From Azolla caroliniana (taxonomy: Eukaryota > Plantae > Polypodiophyta), in contig JBHGNT010000013.1 in assembly GCA_043228905.1 (NCBI GenBank), positions 7,812,001 to 7,876,000 of the forward strand: a stretch of 64,000 nt of DNA, written 5' to 3'. Shown one piece after another: positions 1 to 13,072 of the stretch. A program made the translations under genes and the position numbers. The first letter of the stretch is position 1; each line of letters opens with the position of its first letter. The notes beneath the pieces are model-generated. The model worked only from the letters and a program-made list of their open reading frames with translations, was not told the origin of the DNA and made no database searches.

Positions 1-2131
1 GCGCGACCTACCGAGGATCATCTTCAGTGTGTGCAACGCGTACTGCGGTATGTAAGCGGCACTAAGGACCGGGGGCTACTATATCGGTCCGGTACAGCCC
101 CGTAGTTGGTCGGCTACACCGATGCCGACTGGGCTGGCAACGTCACTGATCGCCGATCCACGTCCGATTTCGCATTCTCTCTTGGGAGTTCCGTGATCGC
201 ATGGAGTAGCAAGAAACAACCGATAGTTGTGTTGTCGAGCACCGAAGCCGAGTATAGAGGAGCGGTTGTCGCGATATAAGAAGCCATATGGTTGAAGCGG
301 CTACTTAAGGATCTGCAGGTGGAGGTATCTGATCCAACGACAATCTACTGTGACAACCTCAACGGCATCGAACTAGCAAAGAACCCCGTCTTCCACGCCC
401 GGACTAAGCACATTGAGGTGCACTACCAATTTTTCCGCGAGCGTGTACTCTCCGGTGAAGTCGAACTTCAATATGTTCTGACTGATCGACAGACCGCCGA
501 CATCTTCACCAAGCCTCTTGGTCTAGACAAGTTGCGGCAATTCTCGGGTGCGCTTGGGTTGCATCACCTCGACGTGCCGAACTTGAGGGAGAGATTTCCC
601 GAATGATCACGGAAGGGGGAGAGAAGTTCCAGAAGACCGCGACGCCGAGTCGGATGACGAATTCGATTTCGGATCGGCTGAAGAAGTCGAGGGCGGATCC
701 GCGGAAGATTCCAAAAGCAAACATAAGAGGAGCAGTAAAAAGAAAGAGCCGCAAACAACCAAGGGTGGGGGAGATGAAGCCATCAATGGAGAGAAGACCG
801 AAGACGAGTTGGAGACAACCAACTCGGACGAGAGTGAAAACCAATTGAAGGAAGCCGAGTCGGTTCGGATATTTGATTCGGATCCGCTGAATCAACCAAG
901 GGCCAAGCAGAAGAGAAGGCAGCAGAAGAGGCGTCAGCACCGCAACAGCAAGGAAGCTGAGAAGGGCCGTGTGAGCAAACAAGCCGACCAGAAGGGTCGA
1001 GGAGCGCGATCAAGGCGTGAAGCCAGAAGGAACCGGAGCGTAGATCCGGAAGAGCAGATGTGATGATAGAGTGAAGATAGAAAGAAAAGATAAAGAAGAT
1101 ATATAAATCGAAAACTACAAAAGTCTATTGATCATGAAAGAAGGAATATATAGAAAGAAGATACAACTACAAGTATCTATTGAGAAGAACAACACTACAT
1201 AAATTGTAAAGAAATCACCACAAGAAAAAAGCCCTCCTCACCACCTCACTCTTCTTGCTTTATATGAAGTTCTCCTCTAGTAGATAAGTTTCGCTTGCTT
1301 TCTTTTCCACGCTTTTTTTAGAGCTTTTCCATCTCCTATTCTTAGCTATGACACAACGATCTTCTAATCGTCATATCTCCCTCAACCATGCTCCACATTT
1401 AGAGTTTTAAAAAGCTACGGATAGCTCTCGTCATAAGCTTTCTAACCCATATTTACACGTGATATTTGGGTGTCAAACGAGAGAGTTATGAGCGTTTGTT
1501 TCTGACTGCTTTTTGGTGGTCTACTTTTTCCTTCTTTTACTTTTCTCCATCTTTCTTGCTTTTTGTTTGACTTATACTTGAAACCTTAGCTCGTGTTCTT
1601 GGTCTTCGGGTGTGAATGCTCCATACCTTATATTTTTGTAGACTTCAATACCTTGAATTCTAAAAACACTTTCACAAGATGGAACCTCAAGTTGAGCTTG
1701 AGGGGGAGTGTTGAGATACAAGCTCAACATTGATTGGATCGGCTGTGCAAGCCGAGAACCGGATCAGTTGGGATCGATCGGTTAGGCCGGACCGGTGCGT
1801 AAACCAGTACGCAACGAGAAGCCGTAGCGGTGCGTAAGCCGCAAGGCCGTTGGAAAGATATTCCGCGTAGGAATATATTTTCAGAGTTAGTGTAGAGCTC
1901 ACTTATGAACATTGAAGAACTTATCAATACTTCTGTCAGTCCGTATGGACTTGTATAAAAGTGCTCACTAAGCACATCCTATGTACAGATTAAGTATTAT
2001 TTAGAATTGAATTTCGGTGTGTCTTCTCTCTCTGTGTGTCTCTCATGTGTACTATGTATATTCAAGCTCTCCATTAAACCTGCGTTTCTATGTTCGGTTT
2101 TCTATTGCTTCTGCAGGCTATTCTTTTTACA
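1..2131 (+). mobile_element. 3' part of a Ty1/copia LTR retrotransposon (RT end, RNase H, 3' extension, PPT, 3' LTR 1709-2131)
   Basis: YTDADWAG...WSSKKQ and IYCDN...NPVFHARTKHIEVHY motifs with in-frame stops; PPT TGAGGGGGAG directly before TGTTGAG at 1709; LTR ends ...TTTTACA at 2131 and resembles the LTRs at 5743 and 16727. Confidence 0.93.
1061..1676. mobile_element. Solo LTR inserted in the copia 3' extension
   Basis: TG...CA termini flanked by 5-bp TSD AGATG (1056-1060, 1677-1681); the paralogous copia at ~17160-17230 lacks this insert. Confidence 0.85.
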
Positions 2132-2725
2132 GTGATCTTGAGGAGGAAATTTACATGGAATAACCAAAAGATTTGGTGATACCTAGCCAAGAAAGTCTAC
2201 TCTGCCAGCTAAATCTTTAGTATTTACAACCTAAAACTCGCCCCCCTCACTAGTGGTATCGAAAATTTGACGACTTCATCCACTCAATCAGGTTTTCTAA
2301 GAGGAATGAGTACCATTTCCGTTATTCGAAAAATCCTCAAGATGGATCACCCATCTTCCTCATCCTGTATGTGGATGATATGCTTCTCTCTGGCCGAAAT
2401 GCCGAAGAGTTTGTCGACCTTGTTCGCCAACTACGATTGAAGTTCGCAATGAAGAACTTAGCTCCTACTTGACACATCCTTGGAATGAAGATTAGTTGGC
2501 TTCAAAATAAAAAAACAATTGTTTCCGTCTCAAGCCGAGTACATCAAACGTGTCTTAAAGCGCTTCAACATGCAATCGGCTAAATCTGCTTCGACCCTAC
2601 TCCCAATTAGTCTTCGGTTGTCTCATCAAGACTATTCGACATCCGGTCCGGAGGGAAAAGATATGAAGTTCGTACCATATGCACTGATAGTCAACTCCCT
2701 AATGTACGTTATGGTCACAACACGG
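2132..2725 (+). pseudogene. Degenerate Ty1/copia reverse transcriptase fragment (host of the preceding element)
   Basis: DLEEEIYM, LILYVDDML, YIKRVLKRFNM...SLMYVMV motifs with stops and frameshifts. Confidence 0.85.
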
Positions 2726-3215
2726 TCTCATGAAGGATTCTAGCCATAGAGGGAAACAGAGTGAGACACACGGGAATGGGTGTTTACACGGATGTACAAA
2801 ATTTAGCCTTTATGTGTGAAACATGTAATAACATTGGACTAGTAATTACTAGGTAGTAGGGTTAATGGGCACCTTAAAGACCCTCACGAATAGAGAGGAA
2901 TGTGGGAGTTTGACATTAGGGAATCGAGGATAACTCTATCCGAAGCGGTTGACTTAACTATCTGATGTAACAACTCTCTCTCCTTGGGCTATAAAAGGAG
3001 GGAGAGAAGACTAAGAAAGGGATCTAGGAATTAGGAGGAGGAAGTGTTGTCGGATTGAGCGCCGAGTTCTCTACCTCTCTCTGTCTCTTCCCGTCTTGTG
3101 CTTGGCACCGTTTCGAACAAGGAGAGGAAGCCTCTACTCGCGTTCGCAACCCGTGTGCTCCCGACCAGAGATTCTTTGTCATGTCTCCTTGTGTGTGTCT
3201 GTATGCATCTCTCCT
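2726..3215 (+). mobile_element. Partial LTR related to the gypsy LTR at 27711 (right end approximate)
   Basis: Start TCTCATGAAGGATTC resembles TGTCGTGAAGATTCC; shares TACTAGGTAGT, CTATAAAAGG and GTGCTCCCGACCA blocks with 27711-28473. Confidence 0.6.
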
Positions 3216-5742
3216 AAGAGTGGTAAGGGTGGGAGTCCGAAACCGATCCGAAGGCCTTGGTCACGGAAGATGACCACAACCGGGGAAGAGGCCAATATCG
3301 GAGTCCCTAAAACCGGGACAAATCAGGGACGAGGTCAAAGTAAAGGAGGAGGCCCACGTGCTTTTCTTGTGGGAAGCCGGGACACTTCCAGAATAACTGT
3401 CGGCATTACGGGTAGCATCCGGAACGGTGTTAGGAAGTTTAGCAAGGGAAGCTTGATAGTTGCTCGAGCCCGTAAGATCAACACAATGTACTTGATGAAT
3501 GCTTGGATATGACGGGAAGAAGTGAACACAACATCCGACACTACCGGTGAGCTGTGGTACAAAAGACTGTGTCACATGAGTTAGAAGGGGATGAAGAGGC
3601 TTGCCGAAGACAACCTCATTCTGGTGAAGGACGTGCAACTTGAGAAGTACACCGATGTCTTGGCAAGCAAGAAAAATCAAACCTCCTTCCGGTCAAGACC
3701 ACCGATGAGATGGAATGCACCACTGGAGTTGGTGCATACCGATGTGTGTCAAGTGGACACGAAGTCACATGCCGGATCATAGTACTTTGTGAAGTTCATA
3801 GATGACCACAACCGGAAGTTGTGGGTCTCACCATTAAAGACAAAGTATCAAGTGCCATCCGTCTTCAAGGAGCTTCACGCAAGAGTGGAAAGAGAAACCG
3901 GCCGGAAGCTAAAGGCGGTTCGAGCAGATAACAGAGGAGAATACCGGGGATAGTTCGAGGAGTATTGCCGGTCGACGAGAATCCGGCTCGAGTTTACTAT
4001 GCCGAAGATGCTAGAACTAAATAGGCTGGCTAAAAGGATGAACCAGACCATAATGGAGAGAGTCCGGAGCATGCTAGCACATGCAAAGTTACCCAACACG
4101 TTTTGGGCTAAGGCCCTGACGACGACGACCTATGTGATAAATAGATCACCTTCAACACCCTTGGAAGGAGACTCACCTTAGAAAGTATGGACGGGTAAAG
4201 ATGTATCTTACCGGCATCTGAAGGTGTTCGGGTGTCTCGCATATGTGCATCTTGCAAAGGACAAGAGAGAAAAATTGGATCCTAAGTGCAGGCCATGCAT
4301 ATTCCTTGGATACGACGATGATGAGTTCGGTTACCGAGTGTGGGATGTGGTCGGCAAGAAGGTGTTTCGGAGTCGGGACATAGTCTTCATGGAAGATAGG
4401 ACCATTTCCGACTGGGAGTCGAAGAAGAAGGTGATGAACTCTGGATCATTCAATGAAAACTGGCTTGAGGACACAAGGACTTACCTGGTGGAAAACCGGA
4501 CACTAGCCGGTAACCGGATGACACTCGACGAACCGGCCGAATATGGACAAGAAACCGAACTGACCGAAGAAGAAGAAGAAGAAGAAGACACCGGAACCAG
4601 ACAAGATCCCAAATCGGATTTGGATGGGGAACAAATGGAGGAATCGGCAATCAGAAACCAAGGACAAAGATATCCTCTCAGAGAGAGAAGAGCCCCCCGG
4701 AGATTTCCAGTTGTTAACCGATGAGGGGGAGCTGGAAAGCGTCGAAGAAGCAAAGAGAGACACCCACAACCGCAAGTGGTTGAGTGCCATGCAGGATGAG
4801 ATGGATTCCCTACATGAGAACCACACGTATGAACTGACGGAGTTGCCAAAAGAGAAGAGGGCACTCCGTAAAAAGTGGGTGTACAAGCTGAAACCGGGAG
4901 ATGCCGGAAATCCACCTAGGTATAAGGCCCGAATCGTGGTTCAAGGCTTCCAGCAAAAGAAAGGAGTGGACTTCGATGAGATCTTTGCCCTGGTAGTAAA
5001 ATGACATCCATCCAGATGGTATTGGGAAAACAACAAGCATGGACCTCAAGGTAGAGCAAATGGACATCAAGACGACATTCCTCCATGGTGACCTCGAAGA
5101 AGAGATCTACATGCATCAACCGGAAGGATTTGAGAAGAAAGGTAAGGAGCACCTGGTCTGCCGGTTGAGGAAGAGACTATACGGACTAAAGCAAGCTCCC
5201 CGGCAGTGGTACCGGAAGTTCGACTACTTCATGACTGACCAAGGGCACCACAAGACACAGGCCAATCATTGCATGTTTGTGAAGAAATTTGACGAAGGAG
5301 ACTTCCTGATACTCCTCCTATATGTGGATGATATGTTGATCGTCGGATGAGACCTAGTCAAGATACAGATGCTGAAGAAGGTTCTGAATCGAACCTTCTC
5401 AATGAAAGACTTGGGGCCGGCAAGACAGATATTGGGAATGCACATCATCCGGGACCGGTCGAAGAAGTTGTTGTGGTGGTCACAGGAAAAGTACGTGACA
5501 AAGGTATTCCAAAGGTTCAACATGTCGGAGGCAAAACCGATCAGATCGACACTTCTGGCAAACTGCAAGCTATCTGGAAAACAAAGCCCGAGGACAAAGG
5601 TAGACAAGACGGATATGATGAAGATACCATATGACTCTGCCGTCGGGAGCTTGATGTACACAATGGTATGTACTCGGCCAAATATCGGATATGTAGTCAA
5701 AGTGGTGAGCTGGTTCATGACCAATCCCGACAAAGAGCATTG
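3216..5742 (+). pseudogene. pol: Tnt1/Tork-like Ty1/copia pol (GAG-pre-integrase, integrase, RT), degenerate; continues at ~16171-16678 (RNase H)
   Basis: LELVHTDVC, FGCLAYVH...KLDPK, QMDIKTTFLHGDLEEEIYM, LYGLKQAPRQWY, LLLYVDDMLIVG; RNase H LYCDSQSAIHLAKN...TKHI at 16226-16678. Confidence 0.9.
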
Positions 5743-8700
5743 TGTTGAGCGGCAAGCTCAACCGGATCCGTATCAGCTGAATAAGCCTGAGCCGGATTGG
5801 CATCCAGAAGGATGAGCTGGTGAGCTGGGGAGCCAGTTGGCCGGATCCATCAGTAATCGGAAGCCTAGTAGCAGCCTAGACTACTAGGTAGTTAAAGTCT
5901 CATAGTTAGTGTTAGACACGTGTGTGAGCATTGAAGTACACCATACTTTTGTCAGTCCGTATGAACTTGTATAAAAGTGTTCACTGAACACATACGATGT
6001 ACAGAGCATTATAGAGAATTGTTATTTTTTAATAGAGTTTTATGTCTTCTCTCTCTTTCTCTATGTCTCTCACGTGTACTATGTATATTCAAGCTCTCCA
6101 TTAATCCTGCGTATTTTTCTGTCTTCGGTTTTCTACTTGCTTCCGCACGCTATTCTTTACATGGTATCCGAGCGAGAGGGTTGAGAACCTCTGCAACTGA
6201 CATAGCTTGAAAGGAAAACCAACTAAGAAGAAAAGAGAAGTAATGGATAGAGGAATGGCTAGCTCGCTCCCGGTGGAGAAGCTCGACAGATCCAACTACG
6301 CATCCTTGCCATACAAGATGCACCAGTACCTGCTTGGCCATGGGTACTGGAGCTATGTCGATGGAGATAATGACACAACACCTGGTGCGGCACACAAGGA
6401 CTTCCCAGTGTGGGAACAAGCGGCAAGTAGAGTGATGTACTGCTTCGTGACCAATGTTGGAGACCAGCTGCTAAGCCATATCCGAGATGCCAAGATGGCA
6501 AAAGAAGCTTGGGGAAACCTAAAGGGCCACAGAGAAAGTGAGTGTTGGAAGAAGCGCGCCGATTCGGACAGATCCGGATCCTGCAAGGCCGGTAGAGAGA
6601 ACCGGGAATACTCGCACTACGCAGAAGGATCAGGAGGATCCAAAACCGGAAAAGCCACTAAAGGGCCAGCCTTGGTGATGAAAAACGAGGCTAACTCGAT
6701 GAAGAAGACCACTTCCAAATCGGAGGAAGTGTGGTACATTGATTCCGGTGCGTCGAATCACATGACGAGCCACAAAGAGTGGTTCTCTTTCTTGGAGAAA
6801 TTAGAAAAACTTAGAGTTGTCGAAACAAGAGACGACACTCCTCACCCAATCGTGCATGTCGGAGAAGTCCTTTTGAGCCACATCGAACAGAGGGGGAAGC
6901 AGATGAACGTGTTACACGTTCCGACTATCACGAAGAACTTGGTGTCAGTCGGTCAGATCGTTGACCAGGGGATGCAGGTGCGGTTCACGCACCTTGGGTG
7001 CTTCATCGAGGAAGAGGGCTAGATTATTGCGCAAGGGCGTAGAGAAGGGAGGATGTTCATCCTCAACACCAATGACGTCGGCATTGCTTTGTTCGCCAAA
7101 GGACATAAGGTCGAATCGGATATCGACCTGTGGCACAAGCGGATCGGCCACGTCAATTACCAGAGGCTTCAAGACCTGCAAACGAAACAAGTTGTTTTCG
7201 GTTTGCCGAAGTTCAGTGGCCGGAAGGCCCAAATATGTGAAGCCTGCCAACTCGGGAAGCAACACCGGCTTCCATTCTCCATCGAACGAAACCGTAGCCG
7301 TAACAAACTCGACCTTATTCATTCGGATGTATGGGGACCGGCACAGAACGTTAGTCTTGGCAGGAGTCAGTATTTCGTCTCCTTCATCGACGACTACAAC
7401 CTTCACACATGGATCTACCTCATTGAGCAGAAGAGCGAAGTCTTCGAGTGTTTTCGGAGCCTAGAAAACCTGGTTGAACGGGAAATGGAGAGGAAGATCA
7501 AGTGCCTACGATTGGATGGCGGAAAAGAATATTTTTCCGGCCAATTCAACAGTTATCTGCAGCAAAAAGGAATTCGGAGAGAGTTCAGCTGCAGATACAC
7601 ACCGGAGCAAAATGGTGTGGCCGAAAGGAGGAATCGGTCGATTGTCAACGCAACAAGGGCAATGCTGGAGGAGAAGAGCATGCCCCATTTCTACTGGGCG
7701 GAGGTGGTCCGGACGACCTTCTACATCCAAAACCGGATCGATGACAAGGTGTCTGTGCATGAGTTGTATTTCGGACGCAAGCCGAATTTGAGACACCTTC
7801 GGATATTCGGTAGCATTGCATATGTGCAAGTGCCGGATGAGAAGCGGAGGAAGTTGGATGCAAAGTCGGAGAAATGCATCCTAGTCGTTTATTCGCATGA
7901 GCAAAGGAAGTATAAGTGTTATAACCCCTGGACGAAGCAGGTCTGAGTTAGCTGGGATGTTGAGTTTGATGAGACGGCATCATGGTATGCCTTACCGGCT
8001 CCGACTTCCTACCCCGACCCGATACCGAAGGATGAGGCTAGTGAGCTTGAACTGGTCCAAATAGAAGATGAAGACCTCGACACTCTAGAAGAGAGTCCAA
8101 TCTCATTTCCATTAAGTGGACCGAATGAGCGGCTATGTCGCGATGACCAGTCGAATGAGGAACCAACGAGTAATGGAGACTCTGTTGTGCTCTCCCCACG
8201 CAAGGAATCGAGGAGACAGTTCACGCGCAAAGAGAAGGGGAAGAAGAAGATGCCGGAATACGAAACCGGCAATGTTGAGTCAGATTAGAGCGAATCCGAC
8301 TCCGGCAAGGATGAAGGTGGATCTTCGGGAACGAAATCCGAACCGGCCAAGAAGGGCCCCAAACCGGGTAACGATAAGTTACGCGGTCTTCCCGCCAGAA
8401 GAACCCCATGAAGCGGTACGGGTACAATGAGTACATGGCACATCATTATGCGTACATGACCAAGGTGGCAGAAGTGTGTGAGCCGGAGAGCTACGCAAAA
8501 ATGGCAAGGGATGCAAATTGGCATGCCGATATGGAGGAAGAAATGCAGACACTTGATGCCAACGACACATGGGACCTCGTTGAGCCTCCCGGACACTATA
8601 AACCGATCGGATGTAAGTGGGTGTACAAGGTAAAGTACAATGCCGACGGTTTAGTTAACCGGTAGAAGGCCCGGTTAGTGGCGAAGGGATACGTGCAGAC

Positions 8701-11700
8701 ACACGGAATCGACTACGACGAGACCTTCGCTCCGGTAGCGAAGATGACGACGGTTCGTTTAGTGCTGGTGATTGATGCGAAAAGGGGGTGGAATCGTCAC
8801 CAGATGGACGTGAAGAATGCATTTCTTCAAGGAGATCTTGACAAAGAGGTCTTTATTACCTAACCCCGAGGGATGCTTCAGGGCTGAACAAGTCGGCGGT
8901 GTGCCGGCCGAAGAAGTCACTTTATGGCCTGAAGCCCCCCGCGTTTGGAATGCCAAGATCACGCACCGGTTGCGTAAGATGGGGTTTGCGGCTTCCAAGT
9001 CTGACTCTTCGTTGTTCATCCGGCAAGGTCCGGAAGGTTCAGTATGCATCTTGTTGTATGTTGATCATCTAGTTATCACCGGACCCGGATTTGATGAAAT
9101 CAACCGAGTCAAGTCCCAGCTGTCGGACGCATTTGAGATGAAGGACTTGGGGCACCTTCAGTATTTCCTTGGGATCGAGCTGATCCGAACCACCGATGGC
9201 ATATTGCTCTTACAAAGACACTATGTGTTGAATATGTTGTACAAGTTCGGCATGACAGAATGCTGACGGATCTCCACACCCCTGGACCGGAACCAGAAGC
9301 TTTGTCCTGACTCCGGACCGGCCGACGATGAGAAGCGGTTCCGACAAATTGTCGGAAGCCGTATATATTTGACAATCACCCGACCCAACATCAATTATCC
9401 AGTGAGCGTGATGAGCCAATATATGCAGAAGCCGACCGTGGAGCCCCTTCTGTGCGCGCATCAAATTTTGTGATATGTGAGCGGCACGAAGGACCAGGGA
9501 CTGTTATATCGGCATGGTATAACCGAAGAGCTAGTCGGCTACACCAATTCCGACTGGGCCGGCGATGCATCGGATCGCCGATCCACCTCTGACTATATGT
9601 TTTCCCTTGGTAGCACGGTTGTTGCGTGGAGTAGCAAAAAGCAGCCCACAGTGGCCCTTTCGAACACTGAGGCTGAATACCATTTCGCTTCGGCGACTGT
9701 TGCAAGACCTGCAGATCAAGGTGCCAACCCGAATCCTGATCTACTGTGACAACATAAGCAGCATGCAGCTCACCTAGAACCTCGTATTTCATGCTCGCAC
9801 AAAGCACATAGAAGTGCACTACCACTTCGTGCGTAAGCGTGTCCTGAGTGGTGAAGTTGAACTTTGGCATGTTCATACGAATCGGCAAGTTGCCGACATC
9901 TTCACCAAACTGCTCGGATCGAACAAGTTGCAGCACTTCACCGAAATGCTTGGTTTTCAGCATCTCGACGTGCCACACTTGAGGGGGAGAACGGGCAAAG
10001 ACACCGGAACATGCAAAGGCAAAGAAATTGCCGATTATGTCGGTGACGACAGAACCGACCAGAAGAAGATGGCCAATACCCGAACATGGTCCGATGTGGT
10101 GAAGGGCCTGGAACCGGAAGACGAATCGAGAGCAACCGATTCGGACAAGAGCTTGAACGAATCAGAGACAATCGATTTGGTTCAACAGATGGATTCGGAA
10201 GAACTAGATCAATTCAAGGCCAAGAGGACGAGAAGGCAGCAAAAGTCGAAGCCAACACAAAGGAATCACAGTGGCGAAGGAGCTGATTTGGGCCTATTGA
10301 GTAGATAAGCCGACCAAGGAGGTCGAGATGCGTGGAATCAAAAGGGTCGCGGCGAACAGGACTGGACCGGACAAGGAGCGCGAGCAAGGCGGAGTGACGC
10401 CAAAAGGAGCCGGGTGGAAGAACCAGCTGCTATGGAGACTGACACTACGATCCGACCTCAAGTTGAGATTGAGGGGGAGTGTTGAGCGGCAAGCTCAACC
10501 GGATCCGGATCGGCTGAATAAGCTTGAGCCGGATCGGCATCTAGAAGGATGAGCCGGTGAGCTGGGGAGCCAGTTACCCGAATCCATCAATAACCGGAAG
10601 CCTAGTAGCAGCCTAGACTACTAGGTAGTAATTGTCGGTAAGAATGTCGGATGCAACTCATCTCGGTGTCGAACTCCGGAGTAGATTTGACACTTCTCAC
10701 AGCTTTCCGTGAACTCCGCTATATCTTTGTACATATTCTTCCACCAATATTTTTGTTTGATTTTCACAAAAGTTGCCCATGTTCCTCGATGTCCAGCCCA
10801 ATCGGATTCATGAAACTCGGACATTATCCGGTTTCGTTGCTCTTTCGTCCCAACTACCCGAAGTGGTATCCCATCCGGTCTTTTCGGCTCCCTCCATATT
10901 AATCCATTTTTCAAGAAGAACTTTCGGACTTGCCGCTTCTTACTTCGGATCTCGGCTCTCTTTTCTTTATTGTCCGATGATTCCTTGATTTCTTGTAGCA
11001 CTTTCCTGATCAACAAGCTTTCTCCCTTGTATTCTTCTTCCCGAAATTCTCGGATTACGTTCACCCGGCATATGTGCTCCAAAGCAAAGTAGTCTTCGGA
11101 AACTTCTTCATTATCGGATTCCATTATGTCATCTCCAAACTACGCCCTTGATAGCATATCCGCTACTGCGTTTTTTTTTCCGGAGATGTTACCTCCAGAT
11201 TAAGTGACTTAACATATGCAATCCACCTTAGCATAGCCACATCCGGTATCGTGCAACACCGCATCATCCCGAGTATCGGAAGACAATCCGTTTCGATCAC
11301 TACTTCGACTCCGATCAATAATCTCGATCCGATTTGATTGCCGACACGACTCCCCATACTTCTCTTTTGACTTGTGCATATCCGCGTTGCCTTTCGTTGA
11401 GAACCTTTGCTCCGAATCGGATCGGATATCGCGAACCATCCGAGTTGGATTGATTGATGACCCATCCGATTCCGGTTGGACTTGTGTCAACCGTTACTAT
11501 GATCGGTCGGTCATAGTTTGGCTTCTTTAGTGCTTTTGCCCTCCGTAGTGATTTCTTGAGCTTCTTCACGGCTTTGGTATGCTCCGGTTTCCATTCAAAC
11601 TTCTTACCCTTCCACAACAAGTGATAGAGTGGGTCTGCAATATGTGCATAGTGCGGAATCCATATGTGATAGAATGCACATGCTCCAAGAAACCTTCGGA

Positions 11701-12700
11701 CTTCGGATTGTGACTCGCCTACTTCTTTCATAGCTTGAATCGCATCGATCTTGGTTGGTGACGGTCTTTGGCCGTAGGGCCCAAATAGATGTCCGACTAC
11801 CAATATTTCTTCTTGCCCGAATGCCGATTTCTCGCCAGAAAGTGTTAGGTGCACATCTTCTAACTTTAGAAGCACTTTCTTGCAATCACGAATATGGTCG
11901 ACTACGAACTTTCAGCATCCCCAATCATCCATAGTTTTATCTTTTTCTTCTACCGCGCATCCTTTCATCGGAATGTCATCTAGGAACGGCATCATTATCT
12001 CCGGAATGTAATCTCTAAGCACCTTGTTCATCGCGTTCATCATATGTGCAACCGAGTTTGTCACTCCTTGTGGTAGTGTGCACATTCGAACTAATCCTAT
12101 CGGTGTCCGCATGGTAGTGATGTCTCGGCTCTCCATGGCTAGTTGGAATTGGTCATACCCCGATGGAATATATCGCACGACCGGCAAAGGCTTCCGCAAA
12201 TTCGTCCACTATCGGACCGACTCCGGACTTCTGGATCGGGACTTTGTTCACCGGTTGCAAGTCTTGGATAAATCAGAGTGACCCATTCTTCTTCGGAACC
12301 GTAAACCATCAATTTGAGTACGGAGCGTTTGATGGCTCTAGAATCCCCATTGCCACCTTCTCCTTGAGAAAGTCGATGACTTTCAGAATATGCGCCCGTG
12401 GCACTAGAATCGGATTCAGGTTCCACGGCACATGGTCAATCATGAAGATCACCATCGGCTCCACTATCTTTGGATCAATGCATCCTATCTCCCTTGATGT
12501 GAATGTGACACTTTGCCATGTTGCTCCAACATCTCACGAAACCGTTCTTCTTCTTTTTGTAAGAGGAAACCACCTCCACTGATCCAAAGTTTCTTCCAGG
12601 TCTCATCCGTGAAGACATGTCTGATATCCACGGACTTCCAAAGTGTCGGATCTCTCGAGATTTCTTTCCTCTTTTGTTTACTATCGGCGGGTAGTGGTCC

Positions 12701-13072
12701 CACGGCCGGTTTTACCTTCTTCTCCACGGTCTTGTATTTCGTACTTACCATTCCTTCTTCTTTGCGGAGTGCATCCGGCCCCATTTTCGCAATGATCTCA
12801 TACATCTCAACCGATTCCACCGGAATTACCCGGTTTCCCTGGCTTGTATCTTCCGCGAGCTCTTCAAGCCGTTGTAGCGTGCTCCCCGCGGCCGGTTTTA
12901 CCTTCTTCTCCACGGTCTTGTATTTCATACTTACCATTCCTTCTTCTTTGCGAATCGCATCCGGCCCCATTTTTGCAATGATCTCGTACATCTCGACCGA
13001 TTCCACCGGAATTACCCAGTTTCCCTGGTTTGTATCTTCCGCGAGCTCTTCAAGCCGTTGTAGCGTGCTCCC
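12701..13072 (-). repeat. 186-bp in-frame tandem duplication (62 aa) in the PR-RT linker
   Basis: GSTLQRLEELAEDT...KYKTVEKKVKPA occurs twice in ORF 12485..13171 at an offset of 186 nt. Confidence 0.9.
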
